Assembly: GCA_951406725.2 (NCBI GenBank)
Contig: OX597817.1
Span: forward strand, 55,552,001-55,616,000
DNA: 64,000 bases
Direction of reading: 5' to 3'
Source: Octopus vulgaris
Taxonomy: Eukaryota
Positions 1-18,327 of this stretch are shown piece after piece (the stretch's first letter is position 1; every line of letters begins with the position of its first letter). A program made the translations under genes and the position numbers. Below the pieces are notes generated by a model. That model was not told the DNA's origin. It did no database searches and saw only the letters and a list, made by a program, of their open reading frames with translations.

Positions 1-767
1 GGTGCCCTGATAATTGATTTTTCTTATGCTTTTCTTTTTAATAATTTGAATATTTAAAATCTTATGCGATATCTCTCCATCACACGGTCTTTGCCTCCAT
101 TAAGCATTGTCCTTATGCTCCAGCACCTTACACAATTTGTGGTTTCTGACGTTGCCAGTGACATCATCGGCCGCTGGGCTTCCTCTTAGGCTTTATACAT
201 TGGCGCCATTCTGCTTCCGGTTGCCATCCCTTCCACGATCATGGCTTCGCTAGATTTTTTATCTGTTGCGAAGGACCATTGACAAGGAATGGACAAAAGA
301 ATGGTGTCGAAACTGGGACAAGATCAGAACAGTGGAAGGAAACAGAACAGGTTGGAGAGATCGTTTATGGCCATATGAGCATCGTGGCACTGAGAGAACT
401 AAATAACTATGTGATAACTAATGTAGCAGGTATACAGATTGAGGTTGAATGAAATTTCTGGTCGATTTAACCTGAACATTTGTAAAAATGTTACAAATTC
501 CTTAGCTGTTACACATCACACAAATTTGTTACACATGAATAATACAGGAATTGATTACTCAGTGACAGACATCATAACATCCGTTGGTCACTATGAAACA
601 TTGCAGGCAGGTTTTGCGAGAAAGTGTCCGAATAACTTTTAAATATTTAAAGTTTACCTAGATTGCAATTTCAACATATCGGTGTGAAATGACACTACAG
701 TGTTTCGAATCACAGTGAACCAAAATATTAGTTTCAAATTTTGATAGGTGGGCCATATCAAGGGCAG

Positions 768-930
768 AGTAAATCGATTTCCTCGACCTTAGTGTTCTAC
801 TGGTGCTTTTATTTTATCAACCCTGAAAGGACGACGGGCAATGTCGGCCTTGACGGAATTTCGAACTCAGAACGTAATGATGGAAGAAATGCCGCTAGAA
901 ATTTTGCTCGGCATAGAAACGATTTTGCTA
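768..930 (-). mobile_element. SINE family A, diverged copy
   Basis: Reverse complement aligns by eye with the family A copy at 63313-63530 (TTACGTTCTGAGTTCGAAATTCC...CCTTTCAGGGTTGATAAAAT). Confidence 0.7.
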
Positions 931-1759
931 ATTAATTTTTTCTCATTACAGCCAGCGAATGTATTTTCTTCAAACGAAGAGATATTCGTTTACCCTAACA
1001 GAAGTAACATTACTCGAAATCGTAAGTTCTTAAACAATATGGAATCCCAGCTCAATTCGCAAGTACCCACTTCAGGTTATTGAAATGATTAGATATGGGC
1101 TAACGAGGGTACCTCCTTTTCGTGGACGTCTAATTTGACCGACTAGAAATATCACCCAAATTTCGATCAGATCACACTCTAACACCTTCCTAAGAAAACA
1201 GGGACAAATTGATTGAATGCGATTCTCGGTTCTCGCTTCCCGCTGTTTTTAAAAAAATCAATTTCTGGACTTGGATAAGTTCATTTCTTGCGCGCAGAGA
1301 GATGTTGCGTCACCAGAAATTAAATGATGGGGGTTTCGAGCTTATATTGTGAGAAATAAACTCTCTGGTTATGGTTGGCATACTTTGGATCGCATGTCTG
1401 TTCGATCGGTATTCACAGCAACAAAAACAACATAGAACAAACAATGTTACGTCTTAAGAGTCTTCAGAAGCGTATCTCACAAAAAAGCACTTAAATTTTA
1501 TCCAATCGAAATTCGTGGCAAACTCAATGGAAATTAATTAGAAAAGAGACTTGTGAAATAAACAAGACAATACAAGTCAATTATATAAAAGGAGGCTATT
1601 TGTGTTTTAACAATGAAAGCTGTATCGTTAACATGTCCCTCAGGCTACACTCCACCGAAATATCATATTCAGTGACAGACAAAACAGTCACGAGACGATG
1701 GATAGAGTCTTCCAAGCGATTAAATTGACGAATCTCTAACAAAAATGACATAAACATGT

Positions 1760-1850
1760 CATTCATGGAGTTGGAAAATAAAATAAAATGCTGCGACTTA
1801 ATGGGAGAGACCAGTCAGAGAATCAAGGCCTGGTGAATACATAAAAATCA
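1760..1850 (+). pseudogene. Possible Penelope-like GIY-YIG endonuclease relic
   Basis: Frame from 1780 reads KIKCCDLMGETSQRIKAW*IH, resembling YxIxCxxCxxxYIGETxRxxxxRxxEH of PLE endonucleases. Short and interrupted by a stop. Confidence 0.3.
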
Positions 1851-2038
1851 ACAATTAAAACCGCTTCAATACATTTGAAAATAAAGACTTAAAAAATATA
1901 ACTCACTGCAAGCGATCTCAACTGAAGTGGAATATTGAATGAATTACACCCAAAAATATTTTCACTACCTTCCTGGTAGACATGGAATCTTCTAAACCAG
2001 TTCAAGAATATATATGTTGTTTTTACGAATATTTCGAG

Positions 2039-2100
<62 letters not shown>

Positions 2101-2390
2101 TTTGTGTGTGTTTGTGTGTATGTGTGTGTGTGTATTGATTTTATTGTCGCAATTGGGAAACAATAGCGTCGGTTGGTTATTGCGGGTCTCCAACAAATTA
2201 ATTATTGTTTCACTGCATTGCCGAGGGTGTGTGTTAATTATAATGATAGTAATTATTATTTTTAAATGAGACAATCAGTTCAAAGCTTGAACTGAATTCG
2301 GATTTGAAATCTTGCCTCCCAATTTTAAAGAATCAATATTGGACTCTAACAAACAGTAAATAATGAGTGATTTAAAAGTTAACGTTTATA

Positions 2391-3158
2391 CTAGGTCTGA
2401 TCAATAAGTAACCGGACTATTGCCATAGTAACGAAGCTAAAGAACGCAGAGCGATGCTGCTTATCACAGATTGGCCTTAGACCCAGTTGTGCAGGCGCAC
2501 TAAGTTTTAACGCTCTAGCTCACTTCTGCTGCTTACGGGAAGGAACGTGTGTAGCGTGTGATTATCGCATTGACTATGATAGAGAAAGCTGTCATGGCGA
2601 TACCGCGTAGAGGCCTCTGCAATGTTGCGGAAAGTGTATGGAGAGGAGTATATGAACCGCACACAAGTGTACGAGGGGTTCAGACGTTTCCAAGATGGCC
2701 AAAATGTGTCGATATAAATTAATGGTTTGGGAGACCCGCAACCAGCAGAATTAAGAAACTCGTCGCAGGTGTGCGTGCAGCTGTGAGGAGAAATCGCCGA
2801 ATCACCATTCGTGAGTTATCAGAGGATGTGCAGATAAGTTGCAGTTCAGTTCAGTCCATTATCATTGAAGATTTGGGTATGACACGCATGTCTGCCAAGT
2901 TTGTGCCAAAACTGCTTTCAGCTGACCAAAAAAATCATAGGTTTCAATTGCACAAGAACTCCTTGATTGTGTCGAGGTTGGTCTCTGAGCTTTTGGCAAA
3001 ATTTGATGCAGATTCTCTGCTCAACTTTTTCTGTCAGGATCAATGCGACGATCTCACGCTATGCACCTTTCTTCCAAGTTCTTCGTGTGCATACATAGCA
3101 GAGTTCAAGTTCAATATGTGACAAGTGGTTTCACTCCCCATGCTTTAGCTTCGTTACT
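2391..3158 (+). mobile_element. Decayed mariner element (N-terminal HTH region) followed by an inverted copy of its 5' part
   Basis: TA then TIR-like CTAGGTCTGATCAATAAGTAACCGGACT. Peptides MLRKVYGEEYMNRTQVYEGFRRFQDG and RRITIRELSEDVQIS...SAKFVPKLLSADQK (mariner WVP-type linker). 2987-3158 is an inverted copy of the 5' region encoding EQRICIKFCQKL. Confidence 0.85.
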
Positions 3159-3767
3159 CTGTCCACCCACAATCGCTTGCCAAATGATGCTGGTGCGTGT
3201 ACCCGCAACCTAGCAGTTCGTCAAGAGACACGATAGAAAAAGGGAGCATGTGAGTGAGTGACAGGGAATCGTCAGCACGACAAACAGAGTGCTAAGATCC
3301 GTAATCTAGGCCTGAACATTACTTCCATTGCTCCATGCCTAAATATTATATGTGGTACTGACTCGATCCTTCGATTTATTTCTTCATATTTCTCTCTCAC
3401 ACTCCTTCCCCCACCCCACCCCTCTCACTCAATCTCTTCCTGCTTTTTCCTCTGTCCACTTCATGTTCCTTTCACTCTGGGTTATCAAGAAATTCAAAGA
3501 GACACACCTTACACATCTCACTAGAATTAAATATTTTGTCAGACACCTCAATGCTCATCGTCGAGAGTGACGGAGACTATTTCATTTAGATATATGTAAC
3601 GATGCAACAGCATCAAGATAGCTGTACTATTATAGAACACGGTTGTTTTATCGCGAAGTTGCTTCCAGGCCGAATAATTACGGCTAAAACCATTAAATGA
3701 ATAGCGTTTAGGTGTATAGGTATGCATATGCATGATTGTGTGTGAGTGTGTGTGTACGCATACACAC

Positions 3768-3821
<54 letters not shown>

Positions 3822-3873
3822 TGAAGTACGAAATGTTTTTGGCAGCGCGTATGTGAATGTGTGCCTGGTTTAC

Positions 3874-3932
<59 letters not shown>

Positions 3933-4075
3933 ATGCAAATATAAATATATACATATATAAATATATACATACATATATACATATATATACATATACTTAT
4001 ATATATATATATATATGTCTATATATTTATACATACATGTATACATATATATATATATGTATATATACACAAATA

Positions 4076-4120
<45 letters not shown>

Positions 4121-4669
4121 GTAGGTGTTTTTGTTCTTTAATCTAATTTGGCTGACTGCAAGTTCATTAATTCCCTAGTTTTTGTTTGTGTGTCTTTTTC
4201 TGTTGTGTTTTTTCCCCCCGCCACGACAGCTGTCCGTGTTTCTAATTAATTTATTGGCGAGAGACTCATTGACACTGAGCGCAATATAAGATCCTCCTTT
4301 ATTTAACCGTCTCTGATTTCGCCAGATAATTTCGCTATTATATTTTACTGTTCAATGTGATTCGACTTTATATGAAACTTCTGCAATCCTGATCTTTCAA
4401 AAGTAGAAGCCGCGGTGCCGACATAGAAATCAATATATTTTATAGATCTCTGGAGAAGGAAATTTTGGAGTTTTTGTTATTATTGTTTATCTACTAGACT
4501 CATCATTTCTTTGCGGTTAGTGGCTATTTATTATTTCTATATGGGAATTAACGTAAGGTAATATGCTGACTTCGTATATATCCTTACAAATATTTCTCAT
4601 TAATTTGCTCAACTTTTTGTGTAAGTTGTGTTCTGATATTGCCCTCTCTGTACACACGCGAACCGCGCT

Positions 4670-4733
<64 letters not shown>

Positions 4734-4788
4734 CATATACATATACATACACACATATATATATATATATATATACATACATGCATAC

Positions 4789-4825
<37 letters not shown>

Positions 4826-4912
4826 CATACACGCATACATATACATATACATACATGCATATATATATATATAAAACATTGAATGAATGTCAAAGTTATT
4901 GTTTGTGTTCTG

Positions 4913-4955
<43 letters not shown>

Positions 4956-5192
4956 TGCTGTGTCTGGGGAAAGTCATTCTCTTTTAGTACCATATAGTTG
5001 AACACACTCACCAGTAAAATTTCCACTTATTTCTGTTTTATTTTTCTAAAATTTTTTTGTCTTGCAACCTTCTCAGTAGTTTTGACTCTAATAGTTATGA
5101 CTATTAAAAAGGTTGCAACACGCAACGAAAAGTTTGGAAAAACTAAAAAAGAAGTGAAAATTTTACCGGTGAGTGTGTAAAATTATAAGGCA
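4956..5192. mobile_element. Fold-back MITE-like repeat, copy 1
   Basis: Self-complementary (ACACACTCACCAGTAAAATTTCCACTT / AAGTGAAAATTTTACCGGTGAGTGTGT). Homologous to 48167-48372 and 59927-60222. Confidence 0.75.
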
Positions 5193-5254
5193 GACAGACA
5201 GGCAGATACATAGCTGGTTAGATTTATGGATACCAAATGCAATATGTAGAGTAG

Positions 5255-6115
5255 ATTCAACTGATTTTGAATTAATGCAACTCTCGTAGTTATACCAGTC
5301 TCAATAAAGGAACTGATAAGTTTGTCGTTGACGGTACCTAGGTTACTTATAACAACTGAGTCTACTTTAGAAGGGACCCTCCACAATCTTCATATTCTCT
5401 GAGCCAAATCCTGGTATCTTCCTATTTTCTCACATTCTTTCATCACTACACTCATGTCCGCCGAAGTAACCACATCTATGATGATGTACTTTCTTCCCCT
5501 TGTCCAGAACCCTCCACAATCTTCATATTCCCTGAGCCAAATCCTGGTATCTTCCTATTTTCTCACATTCTTTCATCACTACACTCATGTCCGCAGAAGT
5601 AACCACATCTATGATGATGTACTTTTTCCCCTTGTCCAGAACCATAATATCTGGTCACCATGCATAAAGGTCACCATCGGTCCCTACATTTATATTCCAT
5701 AAAATCTAATCTTGATTTTTCCCTATTGCACATACAGGTTCCTATTTTAAATCCACCTCTCCGTGTCTTTATTCTTTCTGTGCCTAAAATCTTCAAGAAC
5801 TTTAGTGCAAAACGGATTCTTCTTTCTCATTATTTTGCACTTTTTGTGGATTTGTCTATTTTACCTTTAATGATATTCGTGAGTAATGACTGGTTTTCAG
5901 CAGCGATTATGGGCATTGCTGTTTCTTTATTAAGGTCTCCATCCTTCAGCCGTAACCAAAACTCTTCTGTTGCAATGTCCTTCGTTGTTCTGAGATGCTG
6001 AACGTGTAATTCTTTTCCACATATGTATCTTTCTCGCTCCTGTTTTCTTGATTTTCTTGTATTGCATTGCCGTCTCCACAATTTCTTTCTCCTCTTCCTT
6101 GGCAGCTGAAGTCAG
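5255..6115 (-). mobile_element. R4/Dong-like non-LTR retrotransposon remnant (RLE endonuclease end)
   Basis: Peptides WLRLKDGDLNKETAMPIIAAENQSLLT, ILWNINVGTD..PDIMVLDK..IIIDV..KECEKIGRYQDLAQ and WRVPSKVDSVVISNLG match the PD-(D/E)xK RLE tail of R2/R4-group elements. Contains stops, frameshifts and an internal 133-bp tandem duplication. Confidence 0.8.
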
Positions 6116-6129
6116 TCTTTTTGAGTTGC

Positions 6130-6245
6130 TTCGCATATCATCGTCGTCGTCATTATAATCATCATCATCATCAAAATCATCATCATCATGAATTGCAGCA
6201 TCTGTGGCAAATGAAAAAGTAGCACTCGCAGCAGCAACATTATCA

Positions 6246-6297
<52 letters not shown>

Positions 6298-6371
6298 CAT
6301 CATCATCGTCATTATCATTATTATTATTATTAATATTATTATTAATATTATTATTATTATTATTATTATTA

Positions 6372-6440
<69 letters not shown>

Positions 6441-6525
6441 CAGCAGCAGCAGCAGTAGTAGTAGTGATGGTGGTGGTGGTGATGATGGTGACAGCGGCAA
6501 CAGCAGTAGCTGTCGTTGTTGTTGT
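6130..6525. repeat. Compound trinucleotide microsatellite (ATC/ATT/AGT/AGC/GGT)
   Basis: Directly visible. Confidence 0.95.
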
Positions 6526-7474
6526 AAGATGTCAATCATAAACAACTTTAGAAGATATATTTCTGGGAGTAACAATAAAAAAAACAAAAGAATAACAATA
6601 ACAACAACAACAGCAGTATTATCAGCAAGAGAATTCTGAAGAAACGAAGCAATATTTGTTTTGAAAATATATAAACAACAACAACAACAACAACTTCTAA
6701 AAAAAACATTAAATACATGGAAAATACAAACGAAGCGAACATCAAGAAACGAAGTAAGAAGATCTTGAAAAATAAAAAGGGAAAAAGTGCGTTGCCATAT
6801 ATAAGTAAGAAGATCTTGAAAAATAAAAAAAAAAAAAAGACCGTTGCATAAACAGCATTGCGCAAGAAAAACATTTCACAAACCTCAAGTTACACTCTAG
6901 AGTTCTACAACAACATTTACAATAACAATTATAAGTCATGGTGAGTAGAAACAGAGAGAATGTGGATGGAATAAATGCGTTTTGAATGGTTGTTCTGTTG
7001 ATTTCTCATTTCGGTTGTAATCCGGTATGAAATGTACACGTTAAATGATGGGGGTTTTTGCAACATTATGGAAACGTAATTACGTCACTGTGTGATAGAG
7101 AGAGATGGATTGATAGGTGAATAGAGAGGTAGACAAGTAAATAGACAGACACGTTCACACACATAAACAACATACATACATACATACATACATACATACA
7201 TACATACATACATACATACATACATACACAGACATATATATATATATTGAGAGAGTAAAAGAGAGAGAGCGAGGGAGAGAGAGAAAAATAGGCTGCCAGA
7301 CTAACAAACATATACATACAGAGAGGGAGCGAGAGAGAAAGGGAGAGAGACACTGACACAGGGACAGAGGGGGAAGAGGCAAGGAGAGAATCAGAGAGAG
7401 AGAGAGAGTGAGAGACATAGTAACATAGAAGAAGTAGGGGACAAGAAGATACCAGCGAGAAAACAGGAAATGAT

Positions 7475-7520
<46 letters not shown>

Positions 7521-7920
7521 AGAGGAGAGAGAAGAGAGAGAAAAATGAGAAAGAGAGAGGGAGAAATATAAGGAGACAGAAATGAGGAATATTGATGGTT
7601 ATGGGGGAAGAGGATGAGAGAAAAAGTTGAAGAATAAAAATTTAAGTGTTGGGGGTGGGACATGGAAATAGGTATATGGGGGGAGAAGAATTGTCTGGAA
7701 GTAGGAATCAGATTTTATTGAAGTGAAGTTGAAGTATACAAATCGTAAGATGTAATCAAATGGACTTAAGAAAAAGTTTGATGAAAGCCCAGAAAAAATA
7801 TGCAAGGGAACTGGGTGTATGAATTGAAGATTGATAGAATAAATGGCTTATGGAATGTGAAAATGAATGGTCTAAATAACCGTAAATGTCAAAAAGGTAG
7901 AAATGAATAGAGAATACAAA

Positions 7921-8135
7921 AAGGCGGTGAGCTGGCAGAAACGTTAGCACGCCGGGCGAAATGCTTAGTATATCGTCTGTCGTTACGTTCGGAGGTCAAA
8001 TTCCACGAAGGTCGACTTTGCCTTTCGTCATTTTGGGGTCGGTGAATTAAGTACCAGTTGCATATTGGCGTCGATCTAATCGACTGGCTCCCTCCCAAAA
8101 ATTTTTGGGAATTTTACCTAGAGTAGAAAAGAATA
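7921..8135 (+). mobile_element. SINE family A
   Basis: AGGCGGTGAGCTGGCAGAAACGTTAGCACGCCGGGCGAAATG head and GGTCGACTTTGCCTTTC body shared with other copies in the window. Confidence 0.85.
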
Positions 8136-8141
8136 TATCTA

Positions 8142-8447
8142 AAGGCGGCGAGCTGGCAGAAACCTTAACATGCTGGGCGAAATGTTTAGCAGTATTTCGT
8201 CTGTCTTTGCGTACTGGGCTTGATCTAATTTACTTGCCCCTTAACCAAAACTTGTACATATAATAGAGGACGAAATACTGAGCGGTATTCGCCCGTCGCT
8301 ACATTCTGATTTCAAATTCCACCGAGGTCGACTTTGCCTTTCACCCTTTCGGGGTTGATAAATTAAGTACCAGTTGCGTACTGGAGTCGATCTAATCGAC
8401 TAGCCCCCTCCCCCAATAGTTAGGGCCTTGTACCTAGAGTAGAAAAA
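8142..8447 (+). mobile_element. SINE family A, two partial copies in tandem
   Basis: Head at 8142 with an internal deletion, then a second body from about 8270 ending TAGAGTAGAAAA. Confidence 0.8.
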
Positions 8448-9993
8448 GATAAAGAATATAAACAAGAGAAGGGGATGATCTTTCCATTTATGATAATACA
8501 AACTTCGATCCTCAAACTAGAAGTCTTACTTAAATTATTTCAACAGAATGAACTCCTCTAAATACAGGTTGTAAAACCTGGTGAGAACTGAAATCTACTG
8601 AAGTCAAATAGGCTATCGTAGGATTTGATTTTAAGAACGTAAAGAGCCGAAACAAACACGACAATGCACCCAGTCCGTGGTTCAAATTACTACAAGCCGA
8701 TTCCCTTCAGTCATAACTTTTCATCGAACCCCTACGTATTGAAAGCAAAGTTGACATCGGAGTGATCCGATTTCCGAGCAAGTATAAGAAATCGGGACAA
8801 ATACAGAGAAACATTCTAGATGAAACTCTTACGATTCTACCAATTGTACCCTAAACAATATCGGTTTTATACACAAAACAGCATAGACCATAAGAATAGA
8901 TATGAATTGAAATATTAATAAAGCCTCACGCTGAGTGAAATAACAATGTAAACAGTGGGTAGTGAGAAATGCTCTCATCGGAAATAATACAATCCCCTCT
9001 TGTTCTTTCGACCCAATGAACTTTAAGTTCGAATAACATCAGTGATATATTTAGTGCATGATTAAAGCATCAATGCAACTTAATAGAAATACATAAGAGA
9101 GAATGAACCAAAAATAGTGAAAAAAAGAAAAGCGTAAAATATTTTCATACTTTCTCTTATTCATGACAGCGAACTTAAGAACATCACTGTCAATGCGGGG
9201 CTATTTTGAGCCCCTGGACATCATCCAGATTGTAAAAGTAGCTGCATTCTTCCTTTTGTGCAGACTAAATTTAATGGTCCGCTTCACTGGGTAAATTCGT
9301 CCTCAACTCAGAGGGAATGACAACCAAAAGTAATAGATGTTGGTGTGATGTGGACATTGAAGTATCTATTAGTTACGGTTGTAATGTTCCCTGTTACACA
9401 GATCTCTTTGCCTCACTTCACAAACAAATAATCAGGCACACAGAGAGACTCTTCCCCAAGAACGCACTCATATATAATCTAAAAACACATAATCTAGCAG
9501 TGTCTTGGCAATAATTGTCGACGCCTGATTGATCAAAAAAGTGGAAATGCCTGATTTGGTTTCTTTCGTCGCTGCTTTGATGATCTATTCAAAAAAAAAA
9601 AAAAAAAAGTAAACAAGAATAGAAAGGAAAAAAAAAGAGAAAAGAAAAAAGATAGAAGGAAATGAAAAAGATGTTTGAATCAAAAACTAAAGTTTTTAAC
9701 TATAGAATAAGAAAAAGATGTACAAAGAAAATACAGAAGAAACTCCTGTCACAAAACTCAAATTTCTTCCACACACATAAAGACACACAGACACATGTTT
9801 GTATTCCTCGTAAACACAGATAAACTAACAACTGTGAACATGCACACATGCGGAAGTGTGCGTACGCGCATGTGTTTTATGGTTTTTTTTTCAGATAATC
9901 ATCACTTGAACTCAACAATTCTTTTATCTCTCTCTCTCTCTCTTTCTCACTCTCTCTCCCCACAAATACTTTCTCTCCCTCTCCCTCTATATA

Positions 9994-10056
<63 letters not shown>

Positions 10057-10695
10057 TATGTATATATAAATATGTATATATATGTATACATATGTATGGA
10101 TGTGTCTCTCTCTCTTTATATATATATATGTATATGTATATATATATTATAGATAGATAGATATGCAAATGTGTATGTACGTATGTATGTATGTGCGTAG
10201 GTATGTAGGTATGTAAGTATGTATATTTGGAGTTCATAGTATGTTTGAAAGAACATTGTCACGTGCCTTAAATGGAAGAAATAAAAGGAAGAAGATAGAA
10301 GTTGGATTAAATGTATTCATAAAAACATATTGTCATGTTACGTTAGATAACTAAAATAACTACAATATACATCTTTCACAGACTTTTTTTTTCAATATTT
10401 AGATTGCAAATATAGTTGATCACGGTAATTTGGGAAATGATTCTTATTTTGGTGTCAAATTTTTAAAAGAAAAAAAAAAAGCTCTTTTTCCTGGCTCTCA
10501 AATAACTCTCGGAGTAGAATCATATAGTAAAAATCGAGGCCCCATCGTTACACTCATACACAGTGAATATCTTTGAATGTTTGTCTATATTGTTGGAATT
10601 CAGGCTAAATTTTCATGATCTTCATGAAGCAGTTATTCTAAATCCCGAATCAGCTGCGAAAATTAGACATTTTTGATAATGATATACTTCAGATG

Positions 10696-10918
10696 AAATA
10701 CTCCCTCGAATACTGTGGATGTTACGTTCCAAAACCCTCCGCGATTGGTGAAAATCCGTGAAGTAGAAACAGTACTGTACTGTATATATGTTTTATCATT
10801 TTTATAAATTGTATATATTTATTTTATTACAAATTGAACATAACACCACGGAGGAATTAGCGTAAGCTTAAATGATAATCCGCGATAGGTGAACCGAAAT
10901 ATGGCGCGGGATCACAGT
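10696..10918. mobile_element. Tigger/pogo-like MITE
   Basis: Decayed TIRs (TACTCCCTCG... / ...CGCGGGATCACAG) and repeated subterminal CCGCGAT(A/T)GGTGAA motif. Confidence 0.5.
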
Positions 10919-11189
10919 ATTTGAAAACTCACAATATCAGCCTCGTACGACGTTGAGATTTTTATTATATATTAGTTCGGCTTCCTAAAATATTATCTCG
11001 GGTTTATGCTTAAGGTATTCCAATGAATGTAACTTATATTATCAACACTGAAAAATTCGCGAATGTCTTCCCTAACAGAAATCTAATTCACCTGGCCACC
11101 ATGTTTAATGGATTCATCTGAGTATCATTATCACAAATGAAAATATGAAACTTAATGTGGACCGCTTTAATAACTGAACATCACGTAAG

Positions 11190-11207
<18 letters not shown>

Positions 11208-11220
<13 letters not shown>

Positions 11221-11441
11221 TTAGAGACAAAACCACTATTTTGCAAATCAAACAAAGAAAGACTTAATCCAATACATAAAAAAATTTTAATATAAATTAA
11301 ATAAAATTATATTCGCCACTACAATTGTTGTGGCGAATATAATTTTATTTAATTTATATTAAAATTTTTTTATGTATTGGATTAAGTCTTTCTTTGTTTG
11401 ATTTGCAAAATAGTGGTTTTGTCTCTAATTAATATTATATA
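11208..11441. repeat. 234-bp spacerless palindrome, probably an inverted Penelope-like terminal repeat
   Basis: Arms pair about 11324/11325 with a single T-T mismatch (11320/11329). Lies next to (TA)n. Confidence 0.95.
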
Positions 11442-11549
11442 ATATTTTACTATAAAATTAGATTCAATCCTAAATCTGATTTTCCCTGTAAATTTGGATT
11501 TATTCCCTAATATTTATTAACGCCGGCTATATATATATATATATATATA

Positions 11550-11724
11550 GTTAATCCAAACATGAACAAAGAGAAGACACAGCAACGCGAGGACAGGGAA
11601 CAAGTATAGTGATATTGGACGCTCAGGAAAGGAAAGTGCTCTTCGTCAGAAACATAGAAAAAGGAAAGATCCAAGGAAGGGAAGACGGAGAAAGAAAACC
11701 GCCAACGATACACACGCGGTCACA
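11550..11724 (-). mobile_element. Penelope-like terminal repeat fragment with half hammerhead core
   Basis: Minus strand contains TCTGACGAAGAGC (CUGANGA plus stem II 5' side) with the GAAA half missing. Abuts (TA)n. Confidence 0.5.
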
Positions 11725-12409
11725 CCTAAATAATTAGATGTATAGGCGTCAAAAAGTAAATTTACTTTTATTTCGAAATTTATTGCTAACAACGTGTTAA
11801 CCGCCGATTCGTCATTTCAATGAAATAATTAAGATTAGCTCAAACAATCGTTTGAAAAGCAGAAAAGCATTACTTTCAAATATATACTTCATAATTTAAT
11901 TATCCTCCACACTTCTTTGAAGGGCATAAGGCATCATTATCTACATCATTAAGGAATTAATAAATTAAGGAAGTAATAAATTAATTTAAGAAGACTGTGT
12001 TCCTTATATTTTGCGGTGGTGAAACGGTAATCACTGCTTCCAAATTATGGTTTCGTGATTAACTATTCTTCTACTCCTGAAGATATGGTAGACACATCCT
12101 TTTTTTCAAATTGAGCTGAATAATTAATAATGCATGTTAATTAACTAATTATATAAATAATGATACTCTATAGCACTGAAACGATTGTGCAAATCTATTA
12201 ATTTTTGCGAAATATGTTTTCTAAATTCTGCTTTATTTATACAAATACATAAAACATAATTTGTATTAATTACTATCCATATATGTATTTATGTATATGT
12301 ATGAATATACGTGTATATATATATGTGTAATAAGATACATAATATATGAGTATATGCATATATACATATATGTACATACCTACATTTATATGTATATATA
12401 CATGCATAT

Positions 12410-12690
12410 ATGGGTACAGGACATCTAAAAAACGTTGAATACAATGAGAAACGGAAACATGAAAACAAAAACATCTAAAACGAACCTTTTTTTTCGAACA
12501 ACGAAAAAAACAGAAACGAGTCATGCAGCATAAAGAATATTCCTCTTCTTCAGTTGCCCTGTTTCATCTACTCCGCGTTACGACGGCAAGTACAATACGC
12601 TACTTCGTTGAAACAGTCCTTCCTGCAACGCAAATTAAATAAAGTTTGGGATTTTTTACAGAGAACGAAAGTGGTAACAAGAACAATATA
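12410..12690. mobile_element. TA-associated interspersed repeat, possibly Penelope-like terminal repeat
   Basis: Non-microsatellite block bounded by TA runs, with minus-strand CTGAAGAAG. Family assignment from memory only. Confidence 0.3.
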
Positions 12691-12699
12691 TATATATGC

Positions 12700-12905
12700 T
12701 TTTATTCTTTTATTTGTTTCAGTCATTTGACAGTGGCGATGCTGCAGCACCGCCTTTACTCGAACAAATCGACCACAGGGCTTATTCTTTGTAAATCTAG
12801 TACTTGTTCTAGCGGTGTCTTTTACCGAACCTCTAAATTTGGAGGCGTAAACACACCAACATTAGTTGTCAAACGATGGTGGGCGGACAAACACAGACAC
12901 ACAGA
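12700..12905 (-). mobile_element. SINE family B, 3' half
   Basis: TTGTTTCAGTCATTTGAC..GCTG.AGCACCGCCTTTA..GGACTTATTCTTTGTAA-like block shared with 44136-44557 and 58477-58826. Confidence 0.8.
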
Positions 12906-13019
12906 CATACACACATATGCATACACTCGCACACACACAATCAAAACTATCTGACGAACAGGAATGTGAATCTCTGAATAGCAGTTTTTGTGTTTTTGCA
13001 GCTTTAATAATAGAGTACA

Positions 13020-18300
<5,281 letters not shown>

Positions 18301-18327
18301 GAGATTATTTAAATGACAAGTGATCAA

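Noticed and set aside
280-405. Possible RTE C-terminus (NWDKIRTVEGNRTGWRD)
   Set aside because: Too short and diverged to support.
9264-9290. Putative 27-bp micro-exon (ttttgtgcag...gtaaat)
   Set aside because: Splice-like motifs of this quality occur by chance, and there is no neighbouring exon.
12950-12990. CTGACGA hammerhead-like core
   Set aside because: GAAA is replaced by GAAT and there is no convincing stem I.
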